A stretch of 64,000 nucleotides of DNA from Sphagnum compactum. Taxonomy: Eukaryota. This document shows positions 13,541-25,807 of this stretch, piece by piece. A model generated the notes under the pieces. The model was not told the origin of the DNA. It did no database searches and saw nothing but the letters and a program-made list of their open reading frames with translations. The stretch lies in assembly GCA_965153455.1 (NCBI GenBank), contig OZ234493.1, forward strand, positions 26,650,213 through 26,714,212, in the 5' to 3' direction. Both the position numbers and the translations under genes were made by a program. Within the stretch, counting starts at the first letter, position 1, and every line of letters starts with the position of its first letter.

Positions 13541-14278
13541 GACAAGAGTTCTTTCTCAGAAAAAGAGAGAGAGAGAGAGGAGCACACGAATATCACTACA
13601 CCAAAACTAATGCTGTAGCGCAGAAAGAAAAAGGCGGGAGAAAAATGCGAGTGGGAGAAGAAGAGGAGAAGGAGGAGCTGGAAAGACAGAACAACCAATG
13701 GGGCAAAGTGCGGAGGCGGTGGAGCCAGCGGCGGATGGACGGTCACACCATCGCATTCTGCAGAGGCAGCGTGCTGGTGCGGAAGGCTGGCTGCCTTGCA
13801 TGAAGCGGGCTGCCATTTTAGGGCAGACAACGAGTACAGGCCACTTTAGGGTATTTGCAGCAGCAAAAACCTACCTGGAAACAAGGAGCCGCTACCAATT
13901 CAATTAGACTAGTGCCCCCCCCCCTTATACAATAACAAGGGGTGTGTCAATTACACTGTTGGCCTTGCCATTTACATAAGAAGAAACTCAAATATATCAC
14001 CATGCAAAACTATCATCTTCAAAAAATCCTCTACGAGAAACCAAAATCCTCTAACATATTATAACTCTGTAACTAATCTCAAGTTTCAATTACACAAGCC
14101 AAAATGTCATCTTTCAAAAATCCATATATTTATATAAAAATAGACCTATTATTATTACCTAGGGTCCAAAATCCATTAAGCTACTATACTCTATAACGAA
14201 TCTAAAGCACAATATCTTTGCCTTGGTAAGCAAGGCCAATAAAAATTTTAACTAGTCTAGCCTGTGACCTTGATATAA

Positions 14279-14425
14279 GTGTGAACTAGTTATTTACCCA
14301 ACTAATTTTTCCTTTCAAAATCATTTTTTTGTAATTTAATTGAATTTTCAATGACAAAAACTAATCAAAAATTCAATATCTCTTGCACCTTAGGTCTAAG
14401 AAATTTCCAACTCGTCCTTCATTGA
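14279..14425 (+). repeat. Interspersed repeat family C (second copy at about 53838-53980)
   Basis: Shared 'gtgtgaact.gtta...c.aact ... tcaaaa(a)ttcaatatct ... tagg/tagtcta ... c.tcat' between the two loci. Confidence 0.65.
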
Positions 14426-14672
14426 ACATTTATGAAACCAACTCAATCCACCCCTTACTCATTGAGGACTTTCCAACAATAAAAAGAGATTGACAAGAGG
14501 CATTGTGGTTTTGGAGATTACAACGCGACAAACAAACAAACAACCTAACTTACCCTTCTCTCTTACAAGCTTACTCTATTCCTCCCAACCATCTTGACCA
14601 AAAAAACTTTGGGTGAAAAAATGGAGTGGAGAAATAAATACCCACCCCTGGCTTGTAATGTCATAGCACCTT

Positions 14673-14870
14673 GGCAGCTTCAACACTAGTTATGTCATTT
14701 GTAAAAATGTTGAAATTTTGAACCAAAAAAATACAAAGAACAAAATTTTTGTGAATGAAAATAAAGAATTTTATTTTTCAATATTTTTTAAAACCTATTT
14801 TTCCACACAGAATCTTCAAATTTAATGAATTAATGAATTAATTAATCAATAGGTATGTGTTGAAGCTGCC
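14673..14870. mobile_element. MITE-like element, family A, copy 1
   Basis: Perfect 14-bp TIR GGCAGCTTCAACAC ... GTGTTGAAGCTGCC around an AT-rich interior; second copy at 51840-52022. Confidence 0.85.
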
Positions 14871-15057
14871 CCTATATACTAGGGTATGAATAGATAGATT
14901 TGCATGGCTGGGAATGTAACCGGGTTTGGTGTCTAATTCAATTGGGGTACTTAGTGGTTTTCCATTACCACATGACAGAATAGCTAGTGTCTTCCCCTAC
15001 TGGGCTCAATGTGTTCCAAGGTGGAGCAAGCCTTACATGGCCATTTACATATTGCCC

Positions 15058-15078
15058 TTAAACCCTAAACCCTAAACC
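15058..15078. repeat. Short interstitial plant telomere-type repeat (CCCTAAA)
   Basis: ttaaaccctaaaccctaaacc; about 2.5 units. Confidence 0.7.
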
Positions 15079-18000
15079 ATGGTCCATTTCATATTGCCAT
15101 CAAGAGCAAGAACTGCAATGTTTAGGCTCCTTGGCTACCTCATTGAGAGGTAGAATTGGAACTTATTGTCTTGACTTGAGTTGTCCTTGACTCGAGAATG
15201 GTTTGTAAATTGAGCCTCGAGCGAAAGCCTCAAGCATAATATCAATAGAATTCACCTGCATGGATGAATATTATTTAATGAGTTGGATAAAATTAATGAA
15301 ATTACAAATGAAATCCATACATAATTTGAAGGAAATCTAGGTCAAATACATTTTACACCCATCTCTAGGGTTTTTCTTTCTCAATTTTGTGAACTAGCCA
15401 AAGTGAGAACCCTCCACAAGAAGCAAGAGCCAAATTTGGCTATAGGTTAAAAGAATCTTGTGATAGAAAAAAGAAAATGTATTACATAGATGTGAAATTT
15501 CATACAATTTTTTTTGCCTGCCCATCTCCATTTTATGTCAATGCCAATATGAATGCAATATGTAGGTGTTAGTATGTCAAGCTATAATGTCACATAGTTG
15601 CGATGGTAAATCAAAATTATGGGGACATTGGGTATGGATTGGTGAAATAGTACCATTTGTTTAATGTGCATGGGATTTTAAGAATTGCTTTTAAGGTAGA
15701 TGGGATGTAGCTCCATCACATAGAAACTAGCCCTAATTAAATCAAATACACAATTGCAATTTGCCATAGAACATCCAAATCAAAATACTAACCAAAGTGT
15801 TATTTAAGTGTTTCAAAAATATACAATTTCAGTTTATGTCAAAATTTGAAAAGCATTTACATGGGAAGTATGCATGGTAGTAAACCTGAGGCTAAAACAA
15901 CACAGTATCAACATACACTAAATCAATTCATGTAATATTGCAACAAAGATGAGATCTAGTTAAAGAATATGCAAATTAATCTTGTATTTTCAATTTATTT
16001 AATGACAAGTTCTAAGGCATTTATAATAAAATCAGTTCTAACCCCAACAAATAAACAAGAAGAAAGCCCAAAAATATGGCATTTATGAGCACAAGTTGGT
16101 TTACATCATATCTGAAAGAAAACTATTTGGGAAAGCAAAATCACAAGCTTTTATAAACATTTTGTTTACAATGTGGAGACTAAAAGCTAGAGCTGGTTAA
16201 CTTGCTTATCGTGCATTAATAAGCATATGCTTGAGCTACCAAAACCATAAGACTCACCATTGGAGGTAGATTCCAAGGCCTAGTGGTCTATGCATGGTAG
16301 AACACTAGTTCACCCTTGTGAATAACACTAGATGGGGAAGGAGAGGGTGACGATTAAGCAACATAAGTGTTCACAAAGGGTTGATGGATAGATGGGAAGC
16401 AAAGGGTTGTTGGAAGGACTTCAAAGAAATCCATGTTCAGAATATAATGGTCAAAATCTTTGTTGCAATAATGTCCTATTATTATACACAACAATTATGT
16501 AAATTAGAACATAGAAAAGCTAGTCTTTCATGCCATTCAAGAATGAAAAATATAGAATGCACTTGCGTACAAAATAAATCCTAAAGATCATGTTTTATTG
16601 TCAAGATAATGTTTTCATCATCCTAAAGCATGTGAGCCTAAGTTTCAGGATTGTCAATGTGGCTCTCGTTGGGGTTAAGGCATAAGGCCACCAATGTTGC
16701 ATGTAACTTTGACCAATTATCCGCATTTGTAAACATGAATCGAAATTTTCTTATGTATGGAACAATACAACAATAACATTAACCGCACCTTGATCCTAAA
16801 ATCAAAACTCTTTTAACTAATGAAAATGTGTATGAGCTTATGTAACAACCTTGTGTACTATACGTACAATAGTCTTCGAAGAAAATGTGCAAAACCAAAA
16901 AATAAGCATTCCTACATCAACATGCAATCAATCAATCATAGAATTTTTAAAACAACCATTGTGAGAAGGTGCATCAATTTGCATTCCCATTAATCAATCA
17001 ATTAAAGACTTTTCTTTTTCTTTTAACCAACTATTGTGAAAAAGTTTATCAATCCATATTTCTTATTATACTCTTATTATGTAAGGTTGTGATTAAATTT
17101 CTCTTGCTAAATTCCTAGTTGGCTCAAATTTGATTACAAGAACAAGGGAAATTTTGACTTTCAAAGCTCTAAAGGACCATCAATCATAATTCTCTAAAAA
17201 GGGTAAGGGGATTATAGGCATTGAAGGTAGGCATCAGACAATTAATTCTTTTGACAACTTTTACGTGATATGGGTTGATGATGCCCATGATCTAGATCTT
17301 GCAAGCCCAACCCATTATTCTTGTATCACATTGGCCCCCAAAGAAAATTTCGTGAAACAATAATCAATCATAGGCCACCTTATGTATGGAGATTGTAATG
17401 TTTTAATGCATATAGATGAACTCAAAGATTGTCAAGTAACAATTGCAAGGGGCAATTTATAATATTTTTCTTTGATCAAATATCAATTTTGAAGGTAAAT
17501 TTAAATTGTTAATAACTATAATAAATTGAGAAATTTCATCAAGTGCCTTTCCACTAACAATCCATAGCCTTCCACTAATAACAATAGGTCTACTTGCCCC
17601 CCCAATCCAATTTGTAAGTGATGCAATGTGATGCATAAATCAATGAACCCACACTTGTTAATAGCAATTATGTTCACAACAACTCAAATAAAAAGGTTTA
17701 CCCCATACTATCCTTGGAAATCCAAAAATTTGCCCTATAATATCCTCAAAATTTTCCAAAAATTGCATCTTACTACCATATGGGTCTCGGGCAAGGCCCA
17801 TCTCCTAATAGGTTTCATTTCCTATGGTGCCTACTCCATTAAAAAGGCCAATGAGAAGTTATTATTGCCCTAATTTCCTCCCATGTGGTCTTACCTTGAG
17901 TGACAAAGTAGTTACCACCAACAAAATTTAATGGCAAATGGTAGGACTACACTAGATGTTAAGGTGTACAAGTCGAATAGTAGTGCTACTCAAAAAAAAT

Positions 18001-18809
18001 GGACCAAAGCAAAAATGAGGTGGTGTAGTTCATATGTGAGCTGGGTAGCCCATTAGAGACAATAATGCCCAATTTTAAGGCCCATGTATCTAAGTGGAAA
18101 GGATGGGCTCTCAAAGCATCTTTGAATGACCACAAGTAGTAATTACACAATACCTTATTGCTAAAGCATTTTATGTTTTAACTAGAGGCAATAGTTGATA
18201 TATGCTAGAAGATGGGGCATATGATGAGAAAAAGGTGAAAAACAATGAAAGAAAAGTTGGAAAAGACCTTAAAGACGACATTTATGTAATACAAGATTCA
18301 TGAAGCCTTGGATGGACAACAAATTCTTATCTACGAGTAAATACTTTTGGAATTTGATGTTGACAAATTAAATTCGTTGTTGCCTCTTGCTTCAAGTCAA
18401 TTCTCCAACTTTAAGTCCAAAATAATGGTGGACATACTCTATTAGAGAAGGTTGAACTTTCTACCTCCACTCCTTCATTAGACTTGATAGTGGACATGGT
18501 TGCCCCCGCAAGGTGTGTTGTTCACCACTATCACTAGGCTAGCATTAAAAAAGACAAATGATAATTTTTCATCAATACATGGTTAATCAAGCAAATGTGA
18601 TGTGGCAATTTAATGTTTGCATTCCCATCAACATAGCATTTCCCACATTAGACTTTCAATCCAAGCAAACATGTGACTAACTTTGACTGTAGTAAAATAA
18701 TTGATCATAGTATTTTATTATTTTATTTCATTTGCATCAAATATTGGGTAATATACAACATTTCTAAGGGAAAAAAACATAATATGAAACATTTGTTATT
18801 TTCTTCACA

Positions 18810-19330
18810 GTCGTATGTAAAAATGACATGATTGTGCACATAAAATAAACAATTTTTCAATACATTTTCTTTATGGTCAGACGTTGGGAATAAATAAATT
18901 TTAAAATTATACTTAATATTGGATGTAATTTTTTATGATCCCACATCAAAAATAAATTCATCAAATCATTTTCATACATTCACATGTAACAAATATACAT
19001 TTTTATTTCAATATTCACGATTACATATAAAAATGTTACTGTCACATGTAGAAATTAAACTTTTCAATTCATTTTATTTACAACCACATGTACAAAATAA
19101 ATTTATGAAGTCATTTTTTCATGTGGTTCACATGTAACAAATATATTCTTTTTTTCCAATTTGTATGGTCCCATATAGAAATGTTACTTGGTAACATGTT
19201 GAAATTAACTTCATTAAAAAAAAATTATAATCACATGTAAGAATTTTTTTTCAATATTTATAATTGTTTATGTAAATCTTATAATCATAGATAGAAATTA
19301 AATTGATTTTATTTTAGTTTCATGTTTAAA
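18810..19330. repeat. Degenerate AT-rich array with recurring CACATGTA core
   Basis: cacatgta at about 18981, 19044, 19086, 19129 and 19232, with variants between them at roughly 30-45 bp spacing. Confidence 0.6.
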
Positions 19331-19799
19331 AAAATTGGGTGTTTTGGGGGTTTCTCATTTTTTTAGTCATGTTTATGTGGGTTATGGTATGTTGGGTGGT
19401 ACCCTATTTAGGCGTCAACAATATAAAATGTCACTATAATCATGTTAAATAAATGTGCACACACATATATAATCAAAATCCTATGCATTCAATGAGGGAA
19501 GAATCCACACATTATTCAATTCTAAATCATGTATTAACAAAATAATTAAACACAAATCACTAGTCCAAAAGTGAAGTGCAATTCACTAGCCTAATTCACC
19601 ATGGGAGGTTGAAAGTGAATCAATTTCACCCCACTTTAGTCATTACACATTGCCTAAAGTTATGTCATTATATGGTCATTGTGTAATCATGTTTCTTTAC
19701 AAGTTCATATAATTCATTATTAATTGAAATAATTCATTATAATAATTAGATTTTTTTTTTTATGTTCTTGTTTTAACATTAATGTATCATAAATTATAT

Positions 19800-21365
19800 G
19801 TTAAATTATTTTTTCTTGAATTTTATTCCACCCTAGATTATTATCTAATAGTTTATTTTAAGTTATTTTACATTTTTATTTTAAATTATTATTGATTAAT
19901 TTCAACTATTTCACCTTAAATTATTATAGGAAATCATACCCTAGGTTATTTTAGTTATTATAGGTTTATCCATTTTAAGTAATTTTAGAATATTGATTAT
20001 TATTAAATTTTTAAATTATTCCACCTTAGGTTATTTTGATCTATTTTAAGTTATTCCATCATATATTATTTTCAATTATTTTAAATTATTATAGGATTTT
20101 CCACCACATATTATTTTTAAATATTTTAAATCATTATACCATAAGCTATACCTAGCCTATGGTGGATTAGTCTATAATAATCAATAATAGCATAAGGTAT
20201 AATACCCTAAAATAGCCCACATTGGAATACTTATAATCACTCAAAAAAAACATAAAATTTAATAACATATAATAGCCCAAGGTGGAATAACATAAAATAA
20301 ATAATAGTTTAATAATTTATAATAGTACAAGGTGAAATGTTTTGAAATAATTGAAAATAATCAAGGGTAGAATAACCTTAAATAACCTAAGGTGGATTAA
20401 TAGTTTAAATAACCAAAAAAATGTAAAATAGCCTAGGGTGGAATAACCTATAATAGTTGAAAATAACCTTTAGTGGATTCATGTAAAATAGATTATGGTG
20501 AAATAGCCTAAAGTAACCAAAAATAACCAAGAAAATCCAAAGGTGGAATAGCTTAAATAACTAAAAAAGCTTAATGTGGTTTAGCTTAAAATGATCTAAG
20601 ATGAAATAATTTATAATAATAATTTTATATTGGATTAACCTAAAATAACTTAATGTGAAATAGCCTAAAATAACATGGGGTACAATAGCTTATAATAACC
20701 AAAGGTGGAATAATTGTAAATAGTTTATAATAATTTATAATAACCCATGTATAATAGCTTCAGAATAACAAAAACTAGCATAAAACCCTAGTTAAAGGTA
20801 ATTTAGAAATAGTTTAAAGTAGCTTACATTAACCTAAGAATAACCTAAAATAGCCTACACCAACTTAAGAATAATTTAATATGACCATTAGAACCTAACT
20901 TATGGTAACCCACACATAAACTTGGGTAGCCTATAATAAATTGCATTAACCTAGGGATAACTTAAAATTATCCTATGAACCTAGTCTATGGTAACCTACA
21001 ATAGATTTGGGTAACCTACACTAACCTAAAAATAACTTAAGGTAACCTATTAATATCTTAGATTACATAGGTATGTAAAGTAGGGTAACAAGGTAACATA
21101 GGTAGGAAATATGCTTATGGTAGATACTTAGGTAAATTAAAAAAAGAATGTTCATAATAATGTGTCATGAAAAATCATATCACTTAATTAAATAATGGTC
21201 CAATGGTTAAGGATTTGCTCCTTAAGCATGGAGGTGAAGGGAATGAAAGGTTTAAACCTTTACACTTGCATTTTAAATTTGTGGGCTTAGTTGACCTAAG
21301 TTCCTTGCTTAGGTTAAATGACCTAGGTAGATTAGCTTAAGTCCTTGGGTGCTTAACCTAGCTAA
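19800..21365. repeat. Array of short degenerate motifs with orientation switches (GGTGGAATAA/TTATTCCACC and AACCTA/TAGGT)
   Basis: TTATTCCACC-like copies in 19820-20110, reverse-complement GGTGGAATAA-like copies in 20160-20715, AACCTA-rich 20830-21050, then TAGGT-rich 21065-21135. Confidence 0.8.
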
Positions 21366-22179
21366 GAATTAGGAGACGGTGAATTAACTATTAATGAATT
21401 TAATTAATGATTTCATTTGTCTATAGTAACTAATCCCCATTCACTACATGGCTAGCCACTTTCACCATGACAAATTTGTCCAAATTCATTCAAAATCTAA
21501 TCAAACATAAAATTAACTTGGACACATAAACACCTTTAAAGATGAGCACTCAATTTCGCAAAAAAAGAATCATCTTGCTCTTCCAATAATGCAATATCTT
21601 CAAGAACCAAAAGGTTCAAACCCATTCACATTAAATTACTATTTAAACCTATTAATCCTTTAATGAAAGGAAACATTTTCAACAACTAAAATGTGTTACA
21701 ATCTAGACGCCTACATCCATAGTTGCCAACAATATAAAACATGTCACAATAATCTTGTTTTAAAACATGCACGCACACATAATCATCCCCTTATCTAGAT
21801 AGTATGGGATGTGTTGTGGGATGACCAAAAATAGACACCTTGGTTTCAAGAGATGAATTCAATAGGCTAGGTGTAATTGTGAGCCCCAAGGTTAGTCGCT
21901 TAATTGTAATCCCCTTAATCTTTGACCAAGTATAATCACGTTCAAAGCCCCCCTTACAACATCCTTATTATCAAATACAACTATAAGTATTCCCAACCTC
22001 TTTACATGTGCACCAAAAGCATAACCAATCTCCTTGGGAAACCATCTCCAAAGGTGGTGTTAAACACCCCATGTGCTAACCCATGGAACATTAATCACAT
22101 ATCACACATTGATAACACCATTTGTAAACCCACATTAACATACATTTAAAACTGCAAGCACCACTGCAAGGTTTGGGTG

Positions 22180-22787
22180 GGTGAAAACACACTACAAGGG
22201 GGAACTTTGGCAAAAAAATGTATTCAAATTTTGGTATTTTTGTACTCTTTTGGAAGCAATTTTTTTTCATTTCATCAAGTGTTTTGAGAAACACTTAAAA
22301 TGAATTTTGGACATAAGGCTTTTAACACAATCTTGTTATCTTTCAAAAGAAAGTATTTTTATACATTTTTTTTTCATACACTTATGTTCGTTTACATGAA
22401 AAACCTCGTCCATATGTTTGTTGTGAAATCACATGAGTGGAACTTTTCATATGGAATTGAAATGATACAATTGATTCATATGCAATGTCTGGCTAAACAT
22501 TTAAACAAGTTTGACAATCATTCAAATGATGTTTTGAAATATCTTTGCACTTTGTAATATATTGTTACGAGTATCACATTTTCACAAATATATTTTTTAA
22601 TCATTTATTAGGAATAAAAATTGTAGTTTTTTTTTACAATTTTTATTCCTTGGGTTTTGAACTAGCTCATAATTAATACAATTTATGAAAATCTTTTAAA
22701 ATGGGTTTAATGGAAGTTCAAACACACATAATTTTGAAAATCGATATGTGTGACAACATTTTTTGTTCATCATAATGTGTTTTCACC
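22180..22787. mobile_element. About 610 bp non-autonomous TIR element (MITE-like) nested in the Gypsy integrase
   Basis: Perfect 12-bp inverted ends GGTGAAAACACA (22180-22191) and TGTGTTTTCACC (22776-22787) around an AT-rich non-coding interior. Removing it rejoins ...LPNIDKRVD to PNLAVV... of the retroelement ORF. The TSD is degenerate. Confidence 0.8.
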
Positions 22788-23844
22788 TAGGTCGACCCTT
22801 TTGTCAATGTTTGGAAGATGACATGGCACACAAATGCACACATGATTTTGCCAGATCATGTCGTTTTGATTTTATAAAATCAAGATTCCTTTTTAATTCT
22901 TAAAATAACACATCCTACTATAAGTTCCAACATTGTAAGAATTGTTTGCTCTAGGTATACATAGTCTCCTAAGGTGTATTTTCAAATATGTGACGAATAT
23001 CTTCCTCCATGTATAGTGACATACCACAATGTGTCTTGATGTTGAACAATAACAAAGTTTTTCAAAAACCATTTACATGACTTTCTTAAAGAGTCATGTT
23101 TTATGATCACATGCATGCATCCACACATTTGGATCATCCACATCCAAAATTATCATTATTTCTTTACAAATGGATGGAGGTAGGTTTGGTTCTCAATCAA
23201 TTAAAAGGAAATATGGCAAGAAGTAAACAAATGATGTTTGCGTGCTAAACTTATAGCCCCTAGCCAACCATGGCAATTGGAGGTTCTAATGCCCCAAATG
23301 TCCTTCTTTGCCAACCATGTTTTTGTAAATATCTTTTGACTATTTACACAACCTTATTTGCCAAATTGTCTACATCACAAATTTGCCATCCCAAAATTTT
23401 GTAATGGAAATCATGCGAAAGTCATTCTTTCATGGGTTCGTGCTTTTTGCACACATATGTCATGTGTCAAAAATATGTATGATGCATGTATAAGTAGGAT
23501 GAATGTATGAACCTACTTATATGTGCATCATATTTTCTATCGTGGGCACAAAAACAATCAAGACAATAAGTTTTCCCAAGGACATGAACAAGGGCATGTT
23601 TAATTTCAAATCTCAAATCATGAAACAAAAACATGACATGTGCAAGATAATATTTCAACAATACTTTATTACAAAATCAAAAACAAAATAGAACAAGGAT
23701 GAACCCAAAACTAATATTGAATAGACTAAAGGTAACGGGGAATTTTCCTTTATTACTCATTAGACACCTAGCTCAAATAACTTCCAACTTACATGTGGCC
23801 CATGTTCACCCATGTGTGGCACATGTCCACCCATGTGTGAACTA

Positions 23845-24085
23845 TGAGTGAATTAAAACTCAACTAAAAATGAATTAAGGCTCAACCAATAATGAATTAA
23901 TAATTAACTATGAATTAACAAAAAATGAACTAAGTTAGCTAAAAATGAATTGAAAGTGATCAAAATTTAACTAAAAATGAACTAGGACTTAATTAAGAGT
24001 GAATTAAAAATTAATTAAAAGTGAACTAGAAGTGAATTCAAACTTAATTGGAAGGTAACTAAAAGTGAACTAAAACTAAATTAGG
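23845..24085. repeat. Degenerate tandem array of about 22-bp 'aaaatgaactaa/gtgaattaa' units inserted in the Gypsy element
   Basis: About ten recurrences of (a/g)tgaa(c/t)t at about 22-bp spacing. Confidence 0.7.
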
Positions 24086-25764
24086 AGTTAGGTACAAATT
24101 TATTACAAGTCATGAATAAACGTTCATATGAATGAACTCCATGGCATTGACAATTGTAACACTTTCAACAAAATTGACAAGTTTAAAAAATGGGTAATTA
24201 GCAAAAACATACATTGGGCCAAATAGATCGATGTTTCTTGGTTTTTGAATGTGTAACTAAGTCCCATTTATTTTCTAATGAAAGAATTCCTATAGTCAAT
24301 AATGAGGTTCAACCTAAAGGTGATTAAATTTGTAAGGTGTTTCGGTATTCATTATTAAACAAATGATTGGAAAGATGATGTGCATGCCATAATCCAATAT
24401 GAACAAAACATCGGCTATCACATAATCTGCCACCCTTTAAATGTGCATAAAAATGGCGCCCATCAATGTATTGTTCCCATTGGAAGGTAGATTAGCTCAA
24501 GGGAAAATATGTAACCAACATGTTGGCTTTGATTCAAATAATTTGGTTGAGACACAACATGACAATGTATGTGAGTAAAAAGCCAATGTTTTTGGTGGCA
24601 TTGACTAAACAAGGAAAACAAGTGAGTTGGTAAACATTGGTTTTTGTTAACTTATATAATATGTTATGAAATTTATTTGCTTCAATGCAAGGGAGGAGAA
24701 AATCCAGTGGCAAGGATCCAAAATTCAAACCTACACAAGATTTTTCAAGTTAAATTTGTTAAAGACGTTACATCATTTTGAAGAAATCAATAGTCTATTA
24801 CCATGCCACAAATTTCTTGCAACTTTGTCGTGTCCATGTTGTAAGGAATTTATTTGATTTTTTACTCCTAATATTTTTAGTTTCCAAACCCAAAGTATAT
24901 CAAGTGGCCTTAAAACATGTTAAACCCCTAGCTTTCCAAATAGATCATATGGCCTATATACTTAATTTAATCGTTAAATTTTTTTCATGAATCTTGAAAT
25001 GCAACTTCAATCCATGGGTTTTCAATCATTAAAAAACTCAATGTAGGTGTTTCTCACGCATTTGCATTGTAACATTGGAGTTGATGATGTCATTAATGTA
25101 ACATCAAACATAATCCATCCATCTTAAAATCTTGTCCATAATTACATGGTATTCTACATGGGCATTTTTCAACCCAAATAACAAGAATTACCATTAGTAG
25201 AACCAATCCTTTACATGTTCATAAATTCCCCAAAATGTAGTTTTATATTTGTCCACTTCCTTGATAGGTGTGAGGTGGCACCCAAACTTCAAAGTTCCAG
25301 GTGCTAAATACCCTAGCATGCCCAATGGCATCAAGGATTTCCTCTAGTGTTGGCATGGAATATTTATCAAATTTGGTTTATTGATTCACAAGTTGATAAT
25401 CCCCATACATTTAAAATATGGCAAAATAAACAGGATTAATAAAATTGTGATAAATTGCACCAAATTTGAACCATAAACAATAATTGTTGTTAGATATCAA
25501 ATATAATGAAAATTATACCATATGCATTTTCCATAATTTTAATAAAGTGTTTTTGAAATGAAATTCAAAACATTTTCAAACTACAAGCATAAGAACTAGT
25601 AGATGAACATTATTTCATATGTTTTCAAACACATAAAAGACATATAGATTCAAATTAATGCTAGCTAGATGCCAAAAAAATTAGGAAACATTGAAATGTT
25701 TCAAAGTTATGTAACTTAAGATGCATGTGTATGAATCTTAGCCAAAACTAACTAAAATTGTTTT

Positions 25765-25767
<3 letters not shown>

Positions 25768-25802
<35 letters not shown>
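25768..25802. repeat. (TA)n microsatellite
   Basis: About 17 perfect TA units. Confidence 0.95.

Positions 25803-25807
<5 letters not shown>

Noticed and set aside
13525-13830. Upstream or overlapping ORFs in the TOM40 leader
   Set aside because: Low-complexity pyrimidine-rich UTR translation; no evidence that the starts lie in the transcript.
17150-17900. Possible L1-type LINE remnant on the minus strand (NFLWG-like motif near 17340)
   Set aside because: Single short motif, no supporting RT motifs legible.
19800-20800. CRISPR-like appearance of repeated motif plus variable spacers
   Set aside because: Repeats are only about 10 bp, degenerate and irregularly spaced, spacers are low-complexity, the context is eukaryotic and there are no cas genes.
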